Assembly: GCF_902652985.1 (NCBI RefSeq)
Contig: NC_047017.1
Coordinates: 17,794,001-17,858,000, forward strand
DNA length: 64,000 bases
Direction of reading: 5' to 3'
Source of the DNA: Pecten maximus
Lineage: Eukaryota
Shown: in pieces, positions 23,546 to 35,452 of the stretch
Layout: every line of letters begins with the position of its first letter
Position numbering within the stretch: position 1 is the first letter of the stretch
Notes under the pieces: model-generated
Told to the model about the DNA's origin: nothing
Seen by the model: only the letters and a program-made list of their open reading frames with translations
The model's database searches: none
Made by a program: the position numbers and the translations under genes

Positions 23546-25369
23546 GAATGTAATCTGATGTCACTGTTACAGTTGTTCACAAGTTTTGCCAAGCGGAACG
23601 ACAGCATTATTAATGCACTTCTATAAAACATTTTAGTTGATTACCGACCATGAATAATAATTTTGAACTAAACTGAGTTTTATTACGATCCAAAACTTGT
23701 AGAGCCACTACCAGTTTTCTGTAGTAAATGATGAAGATCCGTCCGAATCATTACCTAAAATGGCAGTGTGATCTTTTTTAGTTGTTTTTTTTATGTATTT
23801 AAGTAAACCATTTAGTCTAAATGCGTTGCGAGATTTTTTAACATTCGTGATACATTTATCAGCTGCAGTTTCATTCTTTGGATATGAAATATACAGAAAA
23901 TTTTGATTTGATTTCTTGTGAAGATTCTAATGTAAATACATGCATGTAGCATAATTAAAACCTATATGACATTATCACATGATATAAGGATTGTAATGTT
24001 TCCTTCCGTAGCAAAACACTAAACGTATGTTGTCAAATAAATGCAAGTTAAATCGATATATCAAACTGTTTCCTGTTTTTTGCTCAATCAGTTTTCCGGA
24101 TTCAGATGCCGCTTTTTTACTATTGATAGCAGCGGTCAAGCCATTGTAACGAGTAATCCTACACATGATGTGCCTAATTGCGTCACTTGAAACGCATTAC
24201 CGTAATACGAATGGTGTTTTAAGACTCCTGGTTGAAATTACAACACTAGACTTACTGGCACTTAACACAACCGTAAACATTCTATGAGTACTCTCGTAAT
24301 TTTAATTCAATATTGATGACATAGGGCAGAGTTATGAACAAGATGGAAAACCTTAAAAAGGAGAATATGACCATGCGTTCTTGAAGGGTAAGCGTCTTTT
24401 TCATTGACAACACTCGCCTTGGACCTGAAGATAAAATCCACATTATTTCATATCCTAGAAATGAATACCAGTGTGCTGAGAGTAAAATCATTACAATGAA
24501 CTTAAACACGTGTATCTCTATAGACAACACAACGGACATTCCCTACTGAGAACATGATATCGAACATACAACTTTCAATTCCTTTTACGTCAGCCGTCGA
24601 CTTTCCTAGGGAAATCGCCATATTGGAGATGAATTATCGAATATAGAAAATTGTTTTCTTTTCTTTCTTCTTCTTCTTCCTGGTACGACCTCCGTCAAAA
24701 ATGACGATTACGGTTAATTGTTGGTTGGATGCTGTTAAAAAAAGTGAGGAAATTTAGGTACAGTGAGAGGTTTATTTTATTAAGTTTGTTTTTAGTGGAA
24801 ACTTGTGTAAATATTACAGTGCTGTGACCGTAAGAAGCATATCGCTCAAAAGCGAATGTCAATGGGGTCTTTCTGGCAATGAATATAAACAAAGGATGTT
24901 TTGGTCATTCAATATGAGCAAAACCGCACGCCGAATAATTCCTTCATGTCGATTTTAACAGTTCACTTCGCGACGATTGATTCAGAGTTGTTAATGGACT
25001 AAACAGCCGCAGATAAATGTTGTAGTATAACTTTTTAACTGTTTTAGTTAGACTAGGTACTTAGATGTACTTAAGTACACTGCTACACTGTACCTTGTGT
25101 GGTCATATGGATAAGACCATTTCCTAATGGGTACAGGGCATTGAACTATGTCTGTCTACCTATATGATATTGCCCTTTATGGATATTTAAACATGTATAG
25201 ATAATTCCTCACGGTGTCAAGATATGTGGTCTAGTTTGTCCAGGAAAATATAACAATAGATATATGTTAATGTTGTTGTCACTTTCCTCACATGGTATAA
25301 CTTTTTATCTAAGCGGGTGAAACTGTTATCCGCGTATCAGCATAACAATAAGAGATAAGGCTATTGTAT

Positions 25370-25610
25370 CTGTCACATGTGAGGGTTCAACTCGTGAACG
25401 TCTTTCTAGATTAAATCATTTATTTACTATTGATCACTTGACAAGGTGAAATAATGTGTTTTCGTTATTCTACAAGTGCACACTATGACGTCAGAGACAC
25501 TGAAAGAAGTTGCTGAAGGAGCCATTTAACAGTTACCTCCGGGGATGCTGTACGGTGGTTCAGGTCAAGTGAGTCATTTCTTTTGAGCTTATATTAGATG
25601 TCACGTGTCA
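25370..25610 (+). promoter_or_regulatory. Probable promoter and non-coding first exon of SLC46 copy 4
   Basis: GTCACATG at 25372, GGGGATGCTGTACGG at 25541, donor GTGAGTC at 25569, GTCACGTG at 25600. Confidence 0.55.
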
Positions 25611-25721
25611 CAACGACCCAATGAATCTAGATTGTCATTCGTTCAAAATTGACAATGCAATGTATTTTACGTTCTTTTCAGATGTATTTTGAGGCTATAT
25701 CCTAAATATCGTTATACATTT

Positions 25722-25808
25722 CTGTTACGTTTTGAACTATCAATCAATTAATCAATCAATTTGTTCATTATGACTCATTAGAAATTTCTGGGCTGTTACG
25801 TTTTGAAC

Positions 25809-25851
<43 letters not shown>

Positions 25852-25880
25852 TAGTTTATTTGTTCATTTTGACTCATTAG
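25722..25880. repeat. Short duplication containing (TCAA)n microsatellites
   Basis: CTGTTACGTTTTGAAC-(TCAA)n-TTTGTTCATT..GACTCATTAG occurs twice, with a longer TCAA tract in the second copy. Confidence 0.8.
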
Positions 25881-26134
25881 TATCACACATATACGTCAAA
25901 GTAACAATCCTTGAACGTTTGTAATTATCAGTAGTTAAGTGTTATGCTTATTAACAAATCTATTTTCGTACTGGGCGATATTGTTTGCAATTTCCCAGTG
26001 ATATACAAGAGATATAAGAAATCATTGTTGTTTGAATTTCAGAACAGTATGTATTCATACGGTAGAAACTATTTGTATTATGACTGCTGTGATTTCCCGT
26101 TTTAGCTATAACATTAACGGTCAACAACTCTATC

Positions 26135-29100
26135 ATGGACAAGCATCATAACCAGCATGGTAGCCTGAGGTGGTCGCATGGATTCCTTGCACTAGTGTTG
26201 ATGTTGTTTTTGTTCGCTTTCCTACTGTCATCGCTTGTGATGTCCCAGTATATAGTCCATCACCTCCAGAAGGACATGTTTCCAAACTCAACTCTTTCTT
26301 CCTCAAATGTAACTACCTGCAATGCTAACAAATCAACAGAAGAATACCGGGAGAGGACGGCGGTACAGAAGACTGCAGCTGAGCTAAACATTTACATCAA
26401 ACTGGTGGAAAATTTACCTGCTCTCGTCACAAGTAGCATAATCGGAGGACTCAGTGACCGGTTTGGAAGAACACGACTCCTTACGCTTACAACGACTTGT
26501 TTTTTTCTCTCAACATGCGTTTTTAGTGTCATAGTTTATCTTGAGATAAATGTTTACTATTTTTTAGTTAGTACAATACTGAATGGTATAGGGGGAGGTA
26601 TGTACAGTGCACTCGCTATTGGATTCGCCTATATCTCCGATATAACAAGTCATGGGAAGCAACGTACTCTAATGATAACTGTTCTTGAAGCATCCATTGG
26701 GATCGGTGCTTCACTATCAGGGTTCGTTTCTGGGTTCATTATTGAAGGTATCGGATTTTTCTATGCAAGTGTTTGCGTGTGTGCAGCATCTGCATGTTCC
26801 TTGTTGGTGGTTGTGTTCCTTCTGCCAAACTCACGCCCCCCTGAATTGTTGTTGTCCAGAACGTCACTTCTTGATAATGCCCGTGCATCATTTGCGTTTT
26901 ATTTTCGAGCGTCTCCTATGAGGCTCAAATATATACTAGCAATTACTGCTTTTATGGTCGGGTCATTTTCCCTTTTAGGCAAACCAAGTGTAGGTGTCTT
27001 ATACCAGTTGAATGTACCATTTTGTTGGACATCTGTCAAAGTTGGTTATTACGCTGCTATCTCTATCTCCACATCAATGATAATAGGCGTTGCCATCGTC
27101 AAATTCCTGCAGAAATTTTTCGCGGAAGAAACTATTGGCATTTTCAGCGGAATCTCTGGTTTAATATCTAGTACTGTGGAGGCTTTTGCCGTCAATGACG
27201 CCATGCTATTTTCAGGTAAATTTGGCCAATTTAAGGTAATTTTGAGTTCTACAATAAAATCTTGATTGAAGATGAGAACGATGAATTGTATACAAAATAG
27301 TTGATAAGTCAGTATTATCTAAATACAGGTTGGGACTGTCGACATTTTAAAGGATATGTGAGGGTATTTTGTGACATCAAATATATATTTTCAAACAAAA
27401 TGCTATCTCTTGTAAGAAGTAAAAAAAAAAAAAAAAAAAAACAATATGTATAAGTTTGCCAAACATATATGAACAGTAACCACCTCATCAATAAAATAAA
27501 TTTGTTCATGAGTAAAGGAAGTATATTTTATATTTTGAAAATTATCATGTGTAGTTTTTAGTTTCTTTTTTTTTTATTTCAAAAGTGGGAAGGTGTGACC
27601 TCTGACTTTTAACCTTTAACTTTGATACTGTAACGTTGTGATATAGATATGAACTAAATATGTCTCGAGGATCATGAATTATCTTACACTTCCTATTCTA
27701 AAAGTGCGTTAATGTATTAATAGCAAACATAAATTTTTATGAAGGTTCCTAATTAATAATCTTTTTTGGTGTTTCCATTTCTTTCATTTCAGTTCCAGCC
27801 ATCGGTTTCCTTAATACGTTATTGTATCCGATGATCAGATCGATACTGTCCAAGCTTACTCCTGCGGACAGACAGGGTAAGTGGTTCATCATAATTGCCG
27901 ATGATCATTTTACTGATTCTGATATTTATCATATTTCTGTCAACCAATCTTCTACCGGTAGTTGAACAGGTAATCAGGCTAGTTATTAACGTATGGTAAA
28001 ACCAATGCATGTGAAACGAGCACACCGACATGAATCGAACAAAATAAGTATGGCCGTCGGCTGAGTAACAGATACATATTTAAATCTGAACAAACTAGAC
28101 GGAGCGATCATGTTCCTGTGTCAGTAAAAGGAAAACAGCAGAAAACAACATAAACGTGATCATCAGATCTGTTTGTCAGTGCATAAGGATTGAAAATTAA
28201 ACAAAAACATTAACACCAACGTATTCAAGTTCAGTTGCCTAACACTTTCAAGGTCAACTGAGGATTTTTTCTATATTGTCTTAGTTTATTTAATTATGAA
28301 TATAATGCATCAATTATTTGTGAAAAAAACATATATCGTATGCAAATAACAGTGTCGGATTAGAACATCTCTTCATTCTCCTAATATGTAATTTCTGTGA
28401 GCACGAGAATCTCCATACATAAGGTTATTTTGAACGTATCTATGAATAACGTTATTTGTCAGAACGAGTGTATATCCTCTATGTTGTTACCTTTAGTGCG
28501 CATGCTTCCGTACGGTTACATTCTTATTGAAGATTATTTGTGATTTCAGCCTCTTTTAAACATAATATATACTACCGCACGTGCACTTTTGTATATCACA
28601 TTTTTGTCAATATGTTGTCATATCTTATTATCTTAAGTTATAAATCCGTATCGGACCAGCTTATGACGATACTTTAAGTACAACACACATAATACTGGTT
28701 TATATCTAATTATCACATGACTTATCAACATAGACATATCGCTATTGTTATCGTTATATATCAGTATAAATAAATCTAATCTAGTATATTTAGCTGCAAG
28801 TGTTAGTACATCGTATGTTATCCATATCAAACCTGAGATTCGACTTGTTTAGTCGTCTAATATCTGCACGAAGTTATGTAGCCTATCGAGTTTTATGTAT
28901 AGAGTTGGTACAATATCTATTACATTATTTACCATAATGTAGTTAAAGGAAGATTTTTTACCATGGTAAATCTCACATTATTTACCATTGTATGTGTCAC
29001 ATTATTTATCATTGTATGTGTCACATTATTTATCATTGTAGGTGTCACATTATTTAACCATTGTATGTGTCACATTATTTAACCATTGTATGTGTCACAG

Positions 29101-31597
29101 TATTTAACCATTGTATGTGTCACATTATTAACCATTGTATGTGTCACAGTATTAACCATTGTATGTGTCACATTATTTACCATTGTATGTGTCACAGTAT
29201 TTAACCATTGTTTGTGTCCCATTATTTAACCATTGTATGTGTCCCATTATTTAACCATTGTATGTGTCCCATTATTTACCATTGTATGTGTCCCATTATT
29301 TAACCATTGTATGTGTCACATTATTTAACCATTGTATGTGTCACATTATTTAACCATTGTATGTGTCACAGTATTTAACCATTGTATGTGTCACATTATT
29401 AACCATTGTATGTGTCACAGTATTAACCATTGTATGTGTCACATTATTAACCATTGTATGTGTCACATTATTTAACCATTGTATGTGTCCCATTATTTAA
29501 CCATTGTATGTGTCACATTATTTACCATTGTATGTGTCACATTATTTACCATGGTATGTGTCACATTATTTAACCATTGTATGTGTCACATTATTTAACC
29601 ATTGTACTTGTCACAGTATTTAACCATTGTATGTGTCACATTATTAACCATTGTATGTGTCACAGTATTAACCATTGTATGTGTCACATTATTAACCATT
29701 GTATGTGTCACATTATTTAACCATTGTATGTGTCCCATTATTTAACCATTGTATGTGTCCGATTATTTAACCATTGTATGTGTCACATTATTTAACCATT
29801 GTATGTGTCACATTATTTACCATTGTATGTGTCACATTATTTAACCATTGTATGTGTCACATTATTTACCATTGTATGTGTCCCATTATTTAACCATTGC
29901 ATGTGTCCCATTATTTACCATTGTATGTGTCCCATTATTTAACCATTGTATGTGTCACATTATTTAACCATTGTTTTTGTTACATTATTTAACCATTGTA
30001 TGTGTCACATTATTTACCATTGTATGTGTCACAGTATTAACCATTGTATGTGTCCCATTATTTAACCATTGTATTTGTTACATTATTTAACCATTGTATG
30101 TGTCACATTATTTACCCATTGTATGTGTCACATTATTTACCATTGTATGTGTCACATTATTTACCATTGTATGTGTCACATTATTTACCATTGTATGTGT
30201 CACATTATTAACCATTGTATGTGTCACATTATTTACCATTGTATTTTGTAACATTTACGTTATTAACCATTGTATGTGTCACATTATCTACCATTGTATG
30301 TGTCACATTATTAACCATTGTATGTGTCACATTATCTACCATTGTATTTGTCACATTATCTACCATTGTATGTGTCACATTATTTACCATTGTATGTGTC
30401 ACATTATTAACCATTGTATGTGTCACATTATTTACCATTGTATTTTGTAACATTTACGTTATTAACCATTGTATGTGTCACATTATCTACCATTGTATTT
30501 GTCACATTATCTACCATTGTATTTGTCACATTATCTACCATTTGTCACATTATTAACCATTGTATGTGTCACATTATCTCCCATTGTATGTGTCACATTA
30601 TCTACCATTTGTCACATTATTAACCATTGTATGTGTCACATTATTAACCATTGTATGTGTCACATTATCTACCATTGTATGTGTCACATTATCTACCATT
30701 TGTCACATTATTAACCATTGTATGTGTCACATTATCTACCATTGTATTTGTCACATTATCTACCATTCGATGTTTGGAATATCATAACAATATTTTTTCA
30801 TTAAGCACATTTTATTATTCTAGGCGCCCTATTCGCCGGAGTAGCTGTAGCAGAAATAGTAGCAAACCTGGGAAGTAATGTTGGAGCGTCGGCTATTTAC
30901 TCCGCAACTGTAGATACCTATCGGGGATCTGTCTACCTCGTTTTTGCGAGTCTGTCTTTCCTTACCACGTGTCTTCTACTGTGAGTGTATGTCGGTGGCG
31001 TTGATATATATATATATATATTACCTGTTAGATTTTCTTTCTTTTTCAACCCTCATTTATGGTATTGAACTTCTTGATAGAAATATTATTGAGAGATATT
31101 GTTATAAAACAGTATGATAGACAGACATTGTTATAAAACAGTAGGATAGACAGATATTGTTATAAAACAATACAAAGGACACATGTTGTTATTAAACAAT
31201 AGGACAGACAGATATTGTTATAAACAATAGGATAGACAGATATTGTTATAAACAATAGGATGGACAGATGTTGTTATAAAACAGTAGGATATACAGATAT
31301 TGTTATAAAACAATAGGATAGACAGATATTGTTATAAACAATAGGATATACAGATACTGTTATAAAACAATAGGATGGACAGATATTGTTATAAAACAAT
31401 AGGATAGACATATATTGTTATAAAACAGTAAGATGGGCTGATAGTTTTATTAAACAATAGTATAGACTCTTACCAACAAGGCGATGTTTGTATATTTCAG
31501 GATGTATCGTATCACAAAAGGAAGGTCGAAGACCGTGCCAATTGCGGATAAAACCTTAGACGTCCCTGACACACAAATACAGGAGGAAAAATTATGA
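26135..31597 (+). CDS. SLC46: SLC46-family MFS transporter, copy 4, 472 aa
   Basis: Coding exons 26135-27215, 27793-27876, 30824-30980, 31501-31597; GT-AG with consistent phases; same family motifs. Confidence 0.93.
28960..30768. repeat. 24/25-bp minisatellite (ACCATTGTATGTGTCACATTATTT[A])n in an intron of copy 4
   Basis: About 1.8 kb of directly visible tandem units; source of the spurious CHIIYHCM-type ORFs. Confidence 0.97.
31094..31465. repeat. 28/29-bp minisatellite (GATATTGTTATAAAACAATAGGATAGACA)n in the last intron of copy 4
   Basis: About 13 tandem units visible. Confidence 0.93.
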
Positions 31598-34139
31598 GAT
31601 GAAAGTAAACAGTTTTTTTTTTGACAACACCAGTAAAAGTATGATTATCGAGTAACGAGGGCAGTTTGGCTTTATAAAATGGTGTCTTTTTTATTCTCAA
31701 ATCCAAATTTGTTCAAGTGTCAATAAAATTTTACATGACGGTTCACAATCTGTTTGCGTTTTTATTTTACCTTTATAACCTGTTTTTGGAATGTACAAGT
31801 GAGATAGGAATGAATTATATCAAACTATTTAAAACTGGGGCTGGTGTCCACTCCATATGTGACACAACCTTCATATATGTATTGCATACCAGAATTCCAA
31901 TTGTTTTGAAATCAATTATAAATATATATCCCCTTTGTAGTTATCATCCTTGAAAAACATATATAAGAAATAATTTTACGCATCAAACTATATTCCGATG
32001 TTAATTTTAAAACATTTCGTTTACCTCAAATTACACTTTGGTTGAAAAAAAAAAAAAAAAAGCAATGCTACGCTTTAGCGAGATGTTCATACTTACCAAG
32101 GTAAAGACCTGTATAACATGATAATTTCTACATCCTGAATAAATAACTTATCTTCATAAATAACTAAGAAAAATCGTAGTGTTTTAGATTAAATAGTGAA
32201 GCTGCATATTCAATAGATAATCAACATGCAGAAATTACTTTTGGTATTTAAAAAGGTTACGGTTTCTACCTAAGAAACCTAACCCAGGTTCGTTGATCTT
32301 GGTTCAATTGGAGGCTTTGAATTTGATAACCGTGATGTATGGCAAATGAACAGAGATTCAAGGACATAACATTCAAAATATTTTATTCAACAAAACTAGT
32401 GTAAAGAGATACCAGTTTCGATTACGTAACTATGATCCAATTTGTGTAAACAACAAGATGAACAACAAGAACGTTGTGAGCTATCAGTTGTAAATGTAGA
32501 ATACTATTACAAGTTGTCTCCATTTTTCACTATGCCAGTTGTATGTATATCCTTAATAAGCGACAAAACAATGATGTATCATAGATTACATGGCGGGTTT
32601 CGTCGATGAAGCAGAAGGCACTTACCTTCTCCCAGTTATTTTCCCGTGGAGAAAACACCAAACACTATCCAGCCAGGATTATCTCCCCCTACAATATGGA
32701 TATTAGAAGGTCTGCAAAATGAAACAGAAAACGCTTACTCCAGCGGAACGCCTGGTCTTTTGTTTTCCGTGCTTTTTTTGGCATTGTTTCAAATTATGGT
32801 ATTATTTTAGTGTCGGTATTCAATGTTGTTGTATAGGGCATGATATACTACCCACGTAAAAGGAGAAAATTTGTTCATAACTTAATTTCAAACAATGCAA
32901 TAAAACGCTGTTTTAGCTGTTGTTGCATTCAATGCCCTTCTTGGCTTCATTAGCTTGATTGAAATCTTATAATGAGTTCTTATAAACATACCTCGGTGGT
33001 TAAATAAATGATGACAATTCATGAAGTAGACTTTTTCAATATCGAGATTTAGTGTCACTTTTACAATTTACGTCTAGTTGTATATCCTATTTACACTAGA
33101 ACAATGCAGTTTTGATATATGACTCGGATGAACATGACATAACTGGACACTACCGGTCTGCTACATATCAGACAATAGATAAAGACTCGAGTGGTAAAGT
33201 CCAGCCTATCGAAACTGACCTCCACATCTTCCAAACACCAGGGTCCATCATGATCTAGCCAAAGAATCCGTAGTACTATTATCTTTTGTATAACGTTTTA
33301 CAGCGTTCCGATAATGTAATACATTTATTGATAGATTTTTTTCTGAAATATTCAATTAATCATATTTTACATAGGTTGGGCAGTGCTGTGGTCACTCAGA
33401 TCAGTAATGTTTGACCAAGATAACCTTGATAACTGTCTGACATTGACATTATACTGAACGAGTAAATAGTGATATATCATACATAAAGCTTGAATAAATG
33501 TTAGAGTCACCAATACATTCATATATGACTTCTTCAACCACCAACAAAGACACTGATGAACAAGAATTCCTATCAGCATGTATGCTTCAGCTTCACAAAT
33601 CTACCGCCTACAGGTAGATAATGCATCCAGTTCTATATTCTTGTAAAGTTCTTTAAGGAAATATAACTGGTTGTTCTTGCACATGTTGTGCTAGCTTTGT
33701 TCGGCGGTCTGTTGTACCACTTGATTACTAATGTACATATTCCGAAGCACAAATGAAGCAGATCGATCATCTTACAGGTAAGTCTGATTTTATTGAAGTC
33801 CTTACAGAGAAGTGTTTACGTAAAAAGTAAATTTTTGCTCGAAATGCCATCACCTTAAAGTGACTTTCTTTAGTTATAGAGAAATAATAGCGGTTGATAG
33901 TTCCATATTTTTTTATTTATTTTTTTTTAAATCTAATTTTATCTTATTTCTTTTTATTGTTATGATTATCATTATTATCTGGTGATCATGCGGTTAATAA
34001 TATTCACAATGAATATTTGAAAGTTTGGTACGTTGACATTTAAGGCTGGGTATTTTTAGATGTTTGTACAAAATGTAATAACATGTAAAATATGTGACAC
34101 TGAAGTAAAATATTTATTTATTTATTTATTTATCCATCA

Positions 34140-34720
34140 ATGAAATACATAGAGGATATTGATTTTTTTTCCCGTTTAATATACATTTTAACATATTTCA
34201 CGAGTATGACAGAATATCGATATATATCGAAATATTCTGTCATACGAGTGAAATATATGTTATATTTAACGGGAAACGATTCAATTTTCTTTTTATTGCA
34301 TTTCATAAACTTCAAAACAAAATTAAAAACAGAAAAATTAATAGCGTCAAAAAGTGCGAGAATCAGCAATGACGTCATTTCTTTGTGACGTTACTCCACG
34401 TCAACTTGACGGCGCCATTTTGAAAGGACTGATAAACGCAATATTTAAGCGTTTTCTGCTGTTATAGGAGAATCTGTGCATGAATAGCTAACGTCAAGTG
34501 AGTATTTTGTCAAAAACTTGTCTGAAAATTTCAAAAATACAGCAAAATAACCAATTTATCTATCTCCGCTTCATTTGGAAAAATCGGCAAGTTTCAACGA
34601 GGTGAATACAAAGGTCCGCTCTGATTGGTCAAAAACGGAAAACTTATATTTTCACTGCAAAACATATTTTCACTGCAAAATCTTATATTTTCACTACTCA
34701 TCGCTGCAGTGAAAATATTT
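34140..34720. mobile_element. Probable non-autonomous element with hairpins at both ends
   Basis: Imperfect palindrome 34189-34262 (TATTTCACGAGTATGACAGAATAT...ATATTCTGTCATACGAGTGAAATA); repeated TATTTTCACT motifs and a small hairpin ending GTGAAAATAT near 34718. Confidence 0.55.
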
Positions 34721-35452
34721 AATTAACTTTTAACTGTATAATAAGGTAATTATTTTCATTTATTTTATTGGGTTAGTCTATTTCTTTCTTCTATCTTTAC
34801 GTCATAATATTGCTAATATGGACAGTAACTTTACAAGACGTATGTTTGGACAAGATACATGTTTAGATTTTTTTTAAATGTGTAAATATTTATTATTCAT
34901 TATCTTGTTCATATGGATTTTCCTAGAAAGTGGCCAGTAATTCTGAACCAAAAAATCACCGCGAAACTGATTTGCATAGAATACTTACGCATACATACGT
35001 ATGCGATCATAATTATTTCAAAGTACAAGAGTTAAAATACGACCGAAACACAGTTAAGGTATCGTGACTTATTTGATATTCACTTTATTTGATAAAACAT
35101 TTTAAATCGTGAATACTCTCCCTAGAAATGTTTACCACGAGGAGTAATTTAACTTGAGTGGTGAACCAGAGTATCAAACTTAATACCTATAGAAGTGACC
35201 CTTTTTTATAATCATATTCCGCGGCAGCTTTATTTCTTTATTTTATTTTTTTCAATTATTCGATATGTTTAAATGGCTCATACAAAACCACTCCCCATAC
35301 ATAGCACTAACATTGGCCGACTTATTAGTACCAATTCCATCTAGACTTTAAAGTATTATAAACGGTGTTTTTCTTCAAAAGAATCAAAGTTATTTAGTTA
35401 TTAGCTTACGTTTTTCTTGCAGGTATAAATCAGGAGTGAAATAAGGGTCGGC

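Noticed and set aside
30069-30878. Cys/His-rich repetitive ORFs (CHIIYHCM...)
   Set aside because: Translations of a 24-bp intronic minisatellite, open in several frames on both strands.
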